The position numbers and the translations under genes are program-made. Below are positions 51,561 to 63,129 of a stretch of 64,000 bases of DNA, one piece after another. The notes beneath the pieces are model-generated. The model had not been told where the DNA came from. It made no database searches and saw only the letters and a program-made list of their open reading frames with translations. The DNA is taken from NCBI GenBank assembly GCA_965655095.1, contig OZ296651.1, positions 45,880,001-45,944,000 of the forward strand. Reading direction: 5' to 3'. Source of the stretch: Haplodiscus bocki. Lineage: Eukaryota. The first letter of the stretch is position 1. Each line of letters opens with the position of its first letter.

Positions 51561-52176
51561 TCGAATGATTTCCTGATGTACCATTGAATGTTACAGCAAT
51601 TAGTTAGATAGCATTTTTCTAGTAGGGAAGTGTTCAATACAACTGCTGCTGGAGCTATATAAAGAGAATAAAGTTTCATGCTGCAAACAAATGAAAAGGC
51701 GCCTATGCTTCAACAGTAGCCCGTCTTGGTGTCCAGAACATCCCTGAGAGACGTTTTGGTGACAGAATAGTTGATAGCTAATGTTTTTTGGAATATTTTA
51801 GGTGCGTTTCACGAAAACCTGTCGCTCAAGTTGTTGAGTTTTTAATTCTTGTACTAAAGCTGTAACCCAATGTGGCAGTGAAGTCTTGTGATAGGTTTTT
51901 TAGCTGAACATTAAAATAGGAGTTTCCGGCGAGCTTCCCTAATTTGAAATTTCGCCACTGAACCGTAGCATTTTTTTGGTTCGAAGTTTTTTTGGGTGGC
52001 TATAGAGGCAATGTATTGATGTATACGATTTCGTGTAGAGTATACGTCTTGTTTTTTGACACCATATACACATTTTGCTGCAAAAGTTAGTTTTGACTGA
52101 TAATGCTGGACTTTGAGCGAACTGCTCTTTTCTGCGATCAGAACTTCTCAAGAAAAAGAAAATATGCATTTTGAAG

Positions 52177-52328
52177 GTCTTCACCTCGATGAAAGAGGAA
52201 AAGTTTGAAAAACAAAGTTGCTGAGTTAGACGTCCTAAACTTGGCGAGCCCAAGAATAGCATGGTCGTTCCTGAAGAGCCTGTGATTCCAAAGTTCTCAA
52301 CTCGAAATCTTTCCGTCTCGCATACAAG
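52177..52328 (+). CDS. Possible upstream LARP1 exon (uncertain 5' boundary, in-frame TGA at 52222)
   Basis: The frame ...VRRPKLGEPKNSMVVPEEPVIPKFSTRNLSVSHT ends AG|GTTTAT at phase 2, compatible with the phase-2 acceptor at 52545. The best acceptor TTTTGAAG| at 52176 puts a TGA in frame. Confidence 0.3.
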
Positions 52329-52545
52329 GTTTATTTAACAACTTCCGTTGAAATCAATGCATTGTGTCTCAAAACATGAGTGTTCTCCCATCCGATAATT
52401 GTACCAATATCGTTACGCTATGCAGGAGAAAACATGTAGTAAAGTATGTTCAGTTGTTATACGTCCAAAACTCTTTGTCAACTTCTAAAGTTGACCTATA
52501 CACTACTGAAGTTGTGAGTGGAATTAAATATTTTGATTGTTACAG

Positions 52546-52834
52546 CTCAGCAAAATCAGAGATAAGGTCTGAGAGCGGCTGCTCTCAAAGTGATGATTTT
52601 GGAGACGCCGAAGTGAACAAACTGTTAATTGTGACGCAATCAAAACAAACTGCTCCAAAGTTATCTGCTGCTCAGCAACCGTCGTATGTGAAAAAACATA
52701 TGGGCTATGACCGCTCCAGTAGTGGCCAGTATCACTCGCGTGCGAAGGTCATGAGTGCATGGGCCGAAGTTATCAACGATGGGCTCTACTTCTACGAACA
52801 GAATCTCAGATCAGTGGATGATTATCATCACTAC
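52546..52834 (+). CDS. LARP1: Internal coding exon of a La-related protein 1 (LARP1) homolog
   Basis: Translates SAKSEIRSESGCSQSDDFGDAEVNKLLIVTQ...KKHMGYDRSSSGQYHSRAKVMSAWAEVINDGLYFYEQNL, matching the conserved LARP1 segment DD.DVNKILIVTQ...HPGGDRTG.HTSRAKMS.ELAKVINDGLFYYEQDL. Acceptor TTGTTACAG| ends at 52545 (phase 2) and donor |GTTAGT starts at 52835 (phase 0). The rest of ORF 52364-53074 is likely intronic read-through. Confidence 0.9.
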
Positions 52835-53066
52835 GTTAGTGACGTTTTCATTATCCGAGTTTTTCCATATACAGTGAAACGTCGCTTGTCCTCACTGATC
52901 GAGTGGTCAATGAGAGCGTCAATGAGAAGCATAAATATGCTGTTTTTCCGGATATTTAATCGCACATTGTTTATAAACTCGCTATTGCGCAGTCTAGTTT
53001 TTGCCATAGAGTGGAAAACTTTGTTTTATCGCCCACTTGGTTGTCGAGAAAACTGCATGAAACGGA

Positions 53067-53119
53067 CCAAGTGAACAATCTCCCCCCTAACTGCTGCCAG
53101 GGGGAGATAATTCACTAGG
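53067..53119. other. Imperfect inverted repeat / hairpin (~20 bp stem)
   Basis: CCAAGTGAACAATCTCCCCC ... GGGGGAGATAATTCACTAGG, 17 of 20 positions complementary. Confidence 0.7.
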
Positions 53120-53613
53120 TTACTTTAAGCAATCAATGCTAGAGAAACCAATTTTCGTATTGGAGATGTTCAACCAAGAGTATTATTTGTTACTTTTGAC
53201 GGCAGGGACGTATTTTTGAGATTACCGAGGGCATTCATACAGACGATTTTGTGGTGTTCTAATCACCGGTTTTAATACTGATCAGCTACATATGGCTAAT
53301 AAAGTCTGGTGTGCAGATTGTTCATTTGGGGGGTCACATGGTACCATGAATAATTTGATGAGCGTCACATCGTTTTTGAAACCCATTGAGTCAGCGTGCT
53401 TTTTACTCTCAATTTGTGCCTATTTTTCCCCGATCTTTTGCAACTATCAAAATGTACAAAGTTTTTTTGAAAAAATCTAAGTGGCCTTTGCTCTAATTTT
53501 CCGCTTTGCAGTCACATTGGGCTGTTTCCGCTCAATGAGGAACAACTTTAATTTAACTGTAAAGCGAATCAACAACTGTTATACCGTTTCTTTCTACTGT
53601 TATAAAAAGAATT

Positions 53614-54340
53614 GAACATAAGGCTGTGAAAAATAAATGGAAGTTAGTTGTTCCTAGATTACGGGCTACTAAGACTATTCTCGATAATTTAATTGATACA
53701 GGTTCCTGTAATTGTTTGTCTTTATGATATTAATTAATTCAAAACACCATTCTGCAATTGAAATACTTCAAATTTGGTTTTTGTGAAACCCTTGAAATTT
53801 CCATTTTCGACCAAATTTTTTTGTTTCTGAATTTTTGACGCTTAAGAGAAGATTATTTTTAAGATTTTCGTGGGTTAGTACATGTATTGTTGTCTCGAGA
53901 GGAGCCTGAAATGCTTAGAAAATTCAAATTTCTCTTCCATCAAAAGAAAATCGACAATTTGACGTCAAAAATCGCTATAGCTCATATTTAAACATCGATC
54001 CCAAAAATTTTATGCTCAAAAGTTGATAAACTATGTGATGTTTTTGAGAAAAAGTAAAATTTTCAGTACGATAACTTTAGTGAATATTTTGCCTCATAAG
54101 TTGAACTTAAAATTCCAAAAATAATCTTTCGCAAAATATCAAAAAGACAGATAATAACAACTATCGTCTCAAATAGCAATTTCAAACTTGCTGAATTTTG
54201 GTTCGATTTTTTTCCCAACAAAAACTATTGTAACCTATAAGAAATTCTGAGAAACTCATACTTTCACAGTTTTGCTGTGCCTCCTTCCGTAGAGTATACG
54301 ATTTTGCGGTGCTCTATTTTTTCATCACAGCCTTATATTC
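53614..54340. mobile_element. MITE-like non-coding element with terminal inverted repeats
   Basis: Left GAACATAAGGCTGTGA (53614-53629) versus the reverse complement of right TCACAGCCTTATATTC (54325-54340), GAATATAAGGCTGTGA: 15/16. The interior is AT-rich, has no ORF and is ~727 bp. Confidence 0.45.
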
Positions 54341-55049
54341 GATATCTTCATCACAGCACTGATTATCTAAACTGTATAATTTACTGATTTACTTCAAGTT
54401 CTTGTTACTTGTTTAATCAGCAGTATTCTTGGTAGCTTGTCCGCCTTAAAGTTAGTTATTTTTGTTCGTTTAGTTTACACTAGTATTTACACTTCTACTG
54501 GAGCAACTTGCGAAGCACAGCTTCGGGTTTGTTCAAAGCTGTGACAAACAGAAATGATGTTTTTAAATCTTTCATTTGAAGTTCCCTAAATTTGCTGCTG
54601 TGAGTTGAGTTGAAAGAATTTGAGCAAAAATTGATAATCTGTTGGTTTCTGATGTTTCATTTATGAAATTTCCGCGGTTTTCTTGACAAGGTTTTTTTTC
54701 GAACATTAGCAAAGGTTTCCACGGCTGAAGAAAAAATTTACGAGGAAGCATAGATGTCGTATAATTTTTTTTTTCTACCTCAAAAATTTTCATTTTAGAG
54801 AATCTTTTTTCTGAAAAACGTCTCTTTTCTAATCCAGGTTTTCTTGAAAGCTAGCAAGTTATAGAAACGTTCGAAGGAGGCTGCTTTACGCGTTTCGTTT
54901 TTGTGCGGATATGATTCAAAAGTGACAAAAAACACCTAAAGTGCTGCTTTTAGTCCATTTTTGGAACGGGTTTTTTAAAATACCCTCAAATCCTTTCTTT
55001 TACAGCTGAAACGACAGCTTACTATAGATAGATTCATTTAAGCTTAGCT

Positions 55050-56420
55050 TTTTTAAACATCTTGTTTGAAGGGAAGAATGTGTATAGGAAACCGGCCTAT
55101 GCTTGGTTTTTCTATATTGTCCAAGACTTGCCTTTTGTGACAAGAGAGTCTAGCTTTTGTATCAGAGAGTCTAGCTATTTAGTGAAAACTATTTAAAAAT
55201 GGCCTTTTTAAGACATGTAGCAAGTAGTTGTTCGTTTTCGCATTCTAAACAGTGCTATTTTTGCAAACATATGACCTGAATAATGAACAAGAGCCTAAAC
55301 AGTCATGTTTTAGATATCAATGTCTTATTAATATGAAACACTGTTCGTGGTGTTTTCATTCCCGCGTTGTTTAATGTTGAAATAGTAAACATGGGGCTGC
55401 AAATTGGCATAAATTAAAAAGGCTTGAATGACAGAATTAATGTTTGAGTATGAGGCACTGTAACAAGTACTTGTGTCAATTTGATGTTTTCGGACATAAC
55501 AAACTCCTGATTGATCGCCAGTGCAGTTGTTTTAAAAGTGTCAATGACATCTCCGATCATATTTTGAAGTGTCTCTGGGTACATTTCGTGTCAATTACTG
55601 TTTTTGATCTCTACGGACAAGTCCATGTATTGCGAAGTTCCGCTTCGTACCTTTCTTGAAAATGCCGACCATTCATTTCGTCCAAAGTTTTTTCAATTTC
55701 AAAGTGTCGAAAAGTTGCAAACTTTTCAAAGCGTCAAAGCTGACCAGTAAACCATGGTAAGCTCCGAAATTTTCGATGTTTTGATTGGTCTGCATTTTTT
55801 GACGCCTTCTCAAATTTTAAACATTCTGACTGAAAGGAAGAATGTTTATTGGAAACTCACTTATGCTTAAACATCATTTTCAATTCCAAAACTTACATTT
55901 TGTTACTTCATCAGAGAGTCTAGTGGTGTTGTAGAAGGGACCTTTCTGAGACATTTGGCAGGAAGTTGTTTATTTTCGCGTTGTAGAAGGTGCCAATTTT
56001 GTAAAAATATGGTATGAAAAAAATGAACAGCAGCCTCCTAAAAACACATGTTTGACATATGAAAGCCTTCATTGTCTTCAATATGCAACACTGTGAGTAA
56101 ATAATTTTCGTGTACTGTTTTCCGCGTTGTTTACTGTTCAGATCATAAACATTGAACAACAAAAAGGCGTAACCTGAATGCCTCGGTTGAAATATCGATT
56201 TTTTCAGTATGAGTCACTTTGACAAGTGCTTGTCTCTGTTTGATTTCTCGAACAAACTTTCGATTGACAGCCGGTGTAGTAATTCTAAAAGCGTCAGTCA
56301 CATCTCCGATCATGTTTTCAAACTTCTTCTGAAGTTGATGCGTAGTTTTTATTTTTGAACTTTACTCACAAATCGGAATATGTTGCGAAGTTCTGGCTCG
56401 CCTGTGTGTTCAACCTGTTA
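55050..56420. repeat. Old diverged tandem duplication, ~760 bp period
   Basis: TTTTAAACATCTTGTTTGAAGGGAAGAATG (55051) vs TTTTAAACATTCTGACTGAAAGGAAGAATG (55815); TCAGAGAGTCTAG in both; ACATCTCCGATCAT (55547/56299); TTGCGAAGTTC in both. Confidence 0.8.
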
Positions 56421-57439
56421 TTTCTTTTCTTTTGCACAATCGAACAAGCGAAGTGAATTGCGCACGGCTTGTGTTTTCTGTGTATCTTCAACTCCGTGAA
56501 AAATATACGTTCCCGCCGGCACAGCATGCGTTCTTGCTAGTCTTGAAAGTTGTTCACGCAACTTCGCGGCCTTTCAAAAGCTTGTTCACGTTGCTAATAA
56601 TACTATGCTCCTTTTGAATGAAATAAATGACAGCGGTACATTTCAGATTTCTAAGGATTATCTTGTTAATTCGGAAGGCGGATGTGTTTGTTTTTCGTCA
56701 CAGCTGATTGCATTGAAGGCTACCTGTCGAATGACGTCCCTTCGGCAAGAATTCGTTTTTTTTTGGTGCCTGAAAGTTTTGTGGAGTGGAATTTATTTGA
56801 CTTTTGTATTTTTCTAACGAGTTTTTTGTACTGGAGTTTGAAAGATAAACAAACTTGCGTCGTCCGTTATAAGTGTTTTTCTGAATAAATGCTAGTTGGC
56901 TTGGTCCCACCGGGTGTTGGTTCAGCTACTTCCGGCGTGTAGTTTTGGATGAACAGCCAAGATGGCCATTTTTTCAACTTTTGTCGCTATCTATCTTTAC
57001 GTGTGTTTGACCTTCCGAGGTTTTTTTTACCATGTAGTTCGTTAAACTGCTTTTCTCGAACACTTTTGATGGAATTGGGTCAATACGGTGCTGATTAAAC
57101 AACTCAAAGGTTAAAAATTCTGTCAAGTTGCTTGGATAGTCTGTTCTGTAAGTTTGTTGTGAATACTCTTGCCTTAAAATTGAGAATAATCAAGACATTT
57201 TTCTAATGTTTCTTATAGGTGTCGTTTTTTCATGACTTTTGGTCCTATTTGGTCCATATCGTGCTGATTCCTCTATTTGCAACCGAGACGTTTTGCGCAA
57301 TTGTTAATATAGTTTTCTGATAACCTCGCTTCTCGTAATTTCGGACGAACGGCGGTAACGGTCTGTTTCAACTTTTTTCTGAAGTATATTGATTTAATTT
57401 TGAAATTTTGCAAATGGTTTTGATTATGCCGTTCGAGTT

Positions 57440-58600
57440 TTTCTTGAACTACTGCTCGGATTAAGTCCATCGATTACTCATACAGGGTGCTGACTTTTTC
57501 TGACCGGCAGACTTATCGGTTTCTTTTCAAACCTGGTTGGGAAATATTTAACTTCTGTTGGAAAATTCAATTGTTTCTCGTCGTTCGGATGGCTTAAAAA
57601 TTTTTCATCTGATTTGTGGGTGGTCGAAAGGGGGTATATCTGGCTTCAATACAACTTTTCGTGATCTGAACTTTTTGTTTTGTTGCCGGGGCTATTTGTT
57701 TTAATACTTTCTTCGTGACAAAAGGTAATCAACTTTTTTTTCGAATTTCCAATTCGCTTCTAATTGTCGTTTATCGAAGGTAGTTTTTTCAAGACTGTTG
57801 CTCAGATTTTGTCGATTCATGACTGAATTGACAGATTGTTGCCCGGAAGAGCAGTGGAGGGGCTGCTATGTTCTTATTCTTGCTTCTTTGACAAAATGTC
57901 TTTGCTTGTGAATGGCGATTTTAAGTTGTTTAAACCTCCATCCTTTGTCAGAATAGTGTTTTCTTGTTGAAAAATTTCCCTTGCTTTCCGCAGATCTAGT
58001 TTTTATCCTATTTCGCGTACTTAGGTGTTTTTTGAAGTGGCAGAGTTCGTCTGTTCCGTTTTCATTTTAGAAAAAGTTGTTACTTTTTCTCGAAAAACTA
58101 AGGTTTTGTTGGTCTTTTTACTATATTTGTCTCGAGATTTGATGTGTAATTCGTCGAGAGTGTTCGCGGAGTTTGATACTAATAGATGTCAGTTTCTAAG
58201 CTTTTTTGATCAGCCGACAATTGAACGTTTCATTCACTAGCAGCTTGTTTTCCGTTAGTTTGGAATATAAAGCAAGTCTTGCGTTGAAACTGAAAAATTT
58301 GATGGCTTTCGTTCGGTGTACCACTTACGCTTGTTAGATTTTGATACCAAGTTACAGGAGTCGTTGTTTTTACCCCTGTGTTACGCTTGCGATAAACAAG
58401 TGTCTGGGAGTCAGGACAAGCTCCTTGTTTTCGACGGTACGTGAATGCAATTTTCTGTGCTATTTCATGCCGCAATTTGAATTTAACTCATCGGTGCGGC
58501 ACGGACTTTCAACATGATTGTCTTCGCTTCAATTCATTCAGGAGCTTTTTCAATTCGCTTGTGATCGCTGGCGATTATTTTTACGAAAAATCTTGACATG
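57440..58600 (-). mobile_element. Decayed LTR-retrotransposon (Gypsy-like) integrase 3' region
   Basis: Minus-strand fragments SDH..IEK/KLLNELKRR, QKIAFTYRRKQGACPDSQTLVYRKRNT..WYQNLT resemble the integrase core end (ER..R..R....SP..L.YGR.PNT). Multiple stops and frameshifts; recognised by eye only. Confidence 0.35.
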
Positions 58601-58619
58601 TAACTGAGAAATCGATAAA

Positions 58620-60360
58620 CTTGCAGTGTTCATTAAAACTGTTTTTCTCAGTGACGAGTGGTCCGATTGGGTCCCTCTGGCGTTGAATCAACTTTTGATA
58701 GCTCAAAGTTTCTGGGATCGTTGGAGTAACTTGGATAGTCTAGTCTAAGATTTTTTGGGAAAGGTCATTGGGTTTGTCAAAAAAATCTACGATGTTTTTT
58801 CTCGCGTTAGTTGTTGAAACTGTTTTCAGTGAGTTGGTCGGATTGGCTCCGTCTAGCAGTCTTTTAAGTACTCACAGTTTTTAGAGTTGGTGCTGTAACT
58901 TGGATGGTCTTTTTTGCTATTTTTCGGGATAGATCTCACTGGTAATTGAAAATTGGACTTGAAAATTTTTTTTGATGGTTTTGTTTTAAATTCTTTTTTC
59001 CCGTTGACTGGTGGTCCGATTGAGTTCATCTGACTCTTATCCAACCGCACAGTGCTGAGAGATACTACAGAGTAGCGTTATACTTTTTGGGATTCTTTTT
59101 GCGAAGAATCTCGTTTTTCAAAATTTATAGGTGTTTTTCTCGCGTTGTTCGGTGATAAAGTTCTTCTCTTTGACAATTAGTGGGGTGAATCCCATCAAGC
59201 GCTTACCCAACTACTCGGAGACTATAGAGTTTGCGGTGTATATTGAATGGTACAGTTCATAGTTTTTTGTGCGTGAAAATCTTAACACAATTGAAAAATT
59301 GATTACTATTCTACTGCATTGTTCGTTCAAGCTCTTCCTAATAATTGGTGGCCGAATGACGTCTGTCTTCAGCATTGTCACTAACTTTCTGTCAATTTGA
59401 CCAATTTTTAGAAATATCAACCGAAGATGTGGTTGCTCCGTTGTTCCTCAAAGTTTATTCTCAAGGATTATTGGTGCGATTGGCTCCATCCAGTGTTGAG
59501 TCGACACTCTGTTCTAGAATGTCTGCGAAGTTGTTCGGAGCTTCTCTTCTCCGTTTTGGTCGCGAAAATTTTGCAATCGAACAATCATAGATGCTTTTAT
59601 TTTGCTGTTCGATGAAGTTGTTTTTCTCAATGACTACTCGTTGAATGGGTCCATCCAGCGCTGTGCCAGTCACTTGCGTCGTACAGTCTCTGTCGAGTAG
59701 CGCGTAACGCCCAGTTTTGAATTGTTTAATGGTAAAAGCTCGACGTGACCTGATATTATGAAAAATCGAAGATGCTGTGCTTTTGTTCTTTAAAAATGAT
59801 TTTCTTTTGACTAGTTGTCGATTTGACTCGTTCTGTTGCTGATTCATCTATCTGCGGTCTCGACTGTCGGCGTAGTTGCTGGAGAAACAGTTTTTACATT
59901 TTATTGCCGAAAGTTTTGAATTGTTATTGAGAATCAATTGTTTTCGTTGTCGTAGTTCAAGAGTGCTACGTAGTTCATCCAGTGCTATTTCATGCGTTTG
60001 GGGCCTATCTTTTCTGTGGGGTAGCGTGGAGGAAGTGTCAACGACAACTGAGTAAAATTTGAGTTCGAATGGGATTCCGCTTTCGCAGTATTTTTGATTT
60101 TTCTTGATAACTGGTTTCGGAAGTGTTTGCGAAGCCCAGCTTCGCCTCTTTGCAATGATGATGGTCCAAAGATGGGTTCAAAACTATATGATGTCGATTT
60201 TAGTGAATTTCGAACATTGTTCTTCTATTAAACTACTATTAAATTCTTTCATCATAAGTCTAATCGAGAGCCTACTTTGTTTAGATTGGTTTAAGTGGAG
60301 CGGTTCTCGACATTTTATTTCTTTTTATGGAAATGATGGGCCCAACATTACTCCAAAAGC
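58620..60360. repeat. Highly diverged ~170-177 bp tandem repeat (~10 copies)
   Basis: A (G/T)TGGTCCGATTGG-like anchor occurs at 58658, 58834, 59011, 59180, 59348, 59471, 59638, 59814, ~59998, 60161 and 60336. GTAACTTGGAT(A/G)GTC occurs at ~58727 and ~58896; TGTTTTTCTCGCGTT at ~58793 and ~59132. Confidence 0.7.
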
Positions 60361-60908
60361 ATATGTTATCGATGTTAGTCATGTTTCGAAAAGGTCTCTT
60401 CAGCTAGCAATTCAATTTCTTCCATCCACGGTTGAATCAAGAGCCTAATGTTTGTATATCAATTCAAATGGTGCCGTTTTTTCAAATAAGTCTTTTATTT
60501 TTCATAGTATTGTTTTACTGAAATCGGTAGTTCTACTGAAATCGGCTTGTCAGTTTCTTAAAAAATTGTTCATTTCGATAGTTTAACGATATCAAACATT
60601 AGTAAAAGTTTTTTAACGAGCCATTAATTTTCTAGTTCCCCCTGTCGTATGCAAAAGACTTTTACTCCAGATTTTATAAAACAAAGATTGGTTGAACACG
60701 GAAAATTTGCAGATCTATCGATGTGTGATTAACCGATTTTGACTGTAATCGAAAGTAGAGAACCAAGATGGTCTCGAAAAATTTTGTGCTAACTTATGGT
60801 CACCTAAGTGTGATATAATAACTTCGCAAAAGGCTGTGAGGATAACCGAGGTTTCATTGTTTTTGTCCAAGTTTTGGCCAGTTGTGGAACTGTGAAATTT
60901 TAATGCAG

Positions 60909-61241
60909 CTGGCTGTGAATAGTGCAACTGCTTTGATGGCGTCGCAAGTGTCCGACATTGTGCACTTGCATCATCCGTACTACATGTACAATTTCCTGTC
61001 CAAAAGTTGCGGCATAAACGGACAGGATTCATTGTCGACGTCCTCTTCGTGTTTGCTCCAACGAACACAAGCGCTCATCGGCGACTATATGGATCAATCT
61101 TTCATTTCCAAGAAAGAGGTTGATTTGAGTCCTCGTGGGGGCGCCAAACTTTTCCGCAACAATTCTAACTACATGTACATGAGTAACAATGCTAGGATTG
61201 CCCAGCAGCAGTATGTAAACAATCTCAATTTGTCCTATCAG
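60909..61241 (+). CDS. Probable coding exon, candidate next LARP1 exon (GC-AG donor)
   Basis: Open frame LAVNSATAL...QSFISKKEVDLSPRGG...NLSYQ, higher in GC than its flanks. Acceptor TTTTAATGCAG| is phase 0, matching the phase-0 donor of the LARP1 exon. Donor is CAG|GCAAGT at 61242 (alternative CA|GTATGT at 61211). FISKKEVDLSP loosely resembles LARP1 MISREQFDTLTP. Confidence 0.5.
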
Positions 61242-63129
61242 GCAAGTTATTTATCACTCATTGGATGCGCCTGACAATTCAACTCAACTGAAAGATCTTT
61301 CCTTTGTCCAATACACAGCAGCGTCAAAGCAACGAAATGCGAGCTGCATGCATTCAGCATTCCGTTTGCATCGCGCTTAGCTGTCGCTTCAAGTCGTTTA
61401 AAGTCACGATGTTGTTGTTTTGCTTATTGAAACGAAGTTTTTTGAAATAAATAGGATATCAGACCACGTTGATACCAAATTTTTGTTTACTAGTTTGATG
61501 GACACTTTTCTCTACTTTCCCATTGTGCCTTTGAAGTTAACAAGCAACTGATTGTAGATGAAATATTTATTCATTGTGACTAGTTATTAGTGATTGACAA
61601 TGTTAGAGGCGTAGAAATTGAACAAACTAATATTAGCCCTCCATAAATTTTCAAATCCTCTTCATTCAATCCCCTCATCAAATCAGTGACTTTAGAAATG
61701 AAATATTTTATTTTTAGTTTTGCGTAGAGCTTGAGTGTATTATTGTTTGCTACATTTTTGCTATTATTACAGTAGTGTGGTAAAAGAAGGGAACTTTTAT
61801 TTTGTAATAAGGATTGGAATGATACATACAGTTGCGTAGTTCTCAGAAATCACATGATATGATCGGGAAAAAAGTTTGAAATTTTATCTAGTTTACAATG
61901 GTGCTTATTTGAAGCCTCTGGGATCATTATTATTGAAGTTAGGAGATTTCGTATTTATGTGTATTAATTTAGGCGTTTGATTTTGCTATACAACTTTCGA
62001 TGTTCTAAGTGCCTTCTACTCAATTTTTTTACATAATACATAACTGTCAAGATGACCCTCACCTACCGATTACACCTGCAAGTGTGCAGCTTCCTGTCAT
62101 GCTGGAGTGGGTTATTTGAACTATTTGGTTTATTTGCTATTTTTTCGTTCTAGCTGATATGCTAAGCGGCGTGTGCAGTCATACGTCTACCTTATTGTGT
62201 AAGAAAGGCTCAGAAGTTTATACTGCTATTAGGTCTGTAATTTTGCTTTGCTTAGCCGCGCAGACAAAGTGTTTGTGTGATTCCTACTACCTAGGACTTG
62301 GTGAGCAAGAAATGTACAAAATAAGCGATGAGTTATTTGATATATATATACGGAAATGGCAGTCAATTGAGAAGTGGAAATGTGCACAGGAAAGGGAGTT
62401 ATTCTTGGAGGACCTAATTTTCAGGGCTGAGATTTGACCAAAGTAGATCCTTAAGTTGCAGCAGCAAGAATTATATTTAAACTAGGATTATTATTGGAAA
62501 CTTTTAATCATTCAAACTTTCTTAACTTTATAAATACTCGCTCGTGAATTATATTCGAAGAATCTTGATTTATCAGAATATTCCTCGTAATATACGAACT
62601 CCAAGATATCCATTTGAAATGTAATTTCAATTAGGAAGTCAGAGAATCCAATTATTCACCGTTAGCAATCTTCAGAAGATTCAAATTACTGGAATTATTT
62701 AGAGAAGTTTGTTTCACTGAATAGTTCAAAGTTTCAGCGAAATCGCAGCAATAAAAATTTATGTAAATGATACTTATCGATTTGATCCACACTTTTGATT
62801 ATCACATTATAAACGAGACCATAATATTTATTTCATATTAGTCCACTAATCTTTTCAATGATTCGAAAATAATTAATAGTTATAACAACTGGGTTGAGGT
62901 AATCATATTTTAGGCTTTCGGTTAGGATGAATGTTTACATTCGTTTTTTCTAGCTCTGGCTTCTGCCTTTTGTTTCTTTCGATATTTAGTTCGTTTTTAT
63001 TTCATCTTCAATTGGGTTTAGCTAACACTTCGGTAACGTGCGTTGCATCAGTTAAACTAGTCATTTTTCTTGAGTACTTTGCATTCGAGCCACGACTAAA
63101 GTCAAGCAGTGTTACCGATTGGGATATCT

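Noticed and set aside
52364-53074. 236-aa ORF as a complete gene
   Set aside because: Only 52546-52834 is LARP1-like and it is bounded by splice sites; the flanks are intron read-through.
52868-53280. TACAGTGAAACGTCGCTT as a Tc1/Tigger-like terminus
   Set aside because: No well-matching inverted partner was found by eye.
53878-53930. VHVLLSREEPEM as the next LARP1 exon (MISREQF-like)
   Set aside because: It is out of phase with the nearby AG, and lies inside the MITE-like element.
62159-62437. 92-aa ORF after a pyrimidine-rich AG
   Set aside because: No recognisable similarity to LARP1/DM15 or another family, and no clear donor; it cannot be supported.
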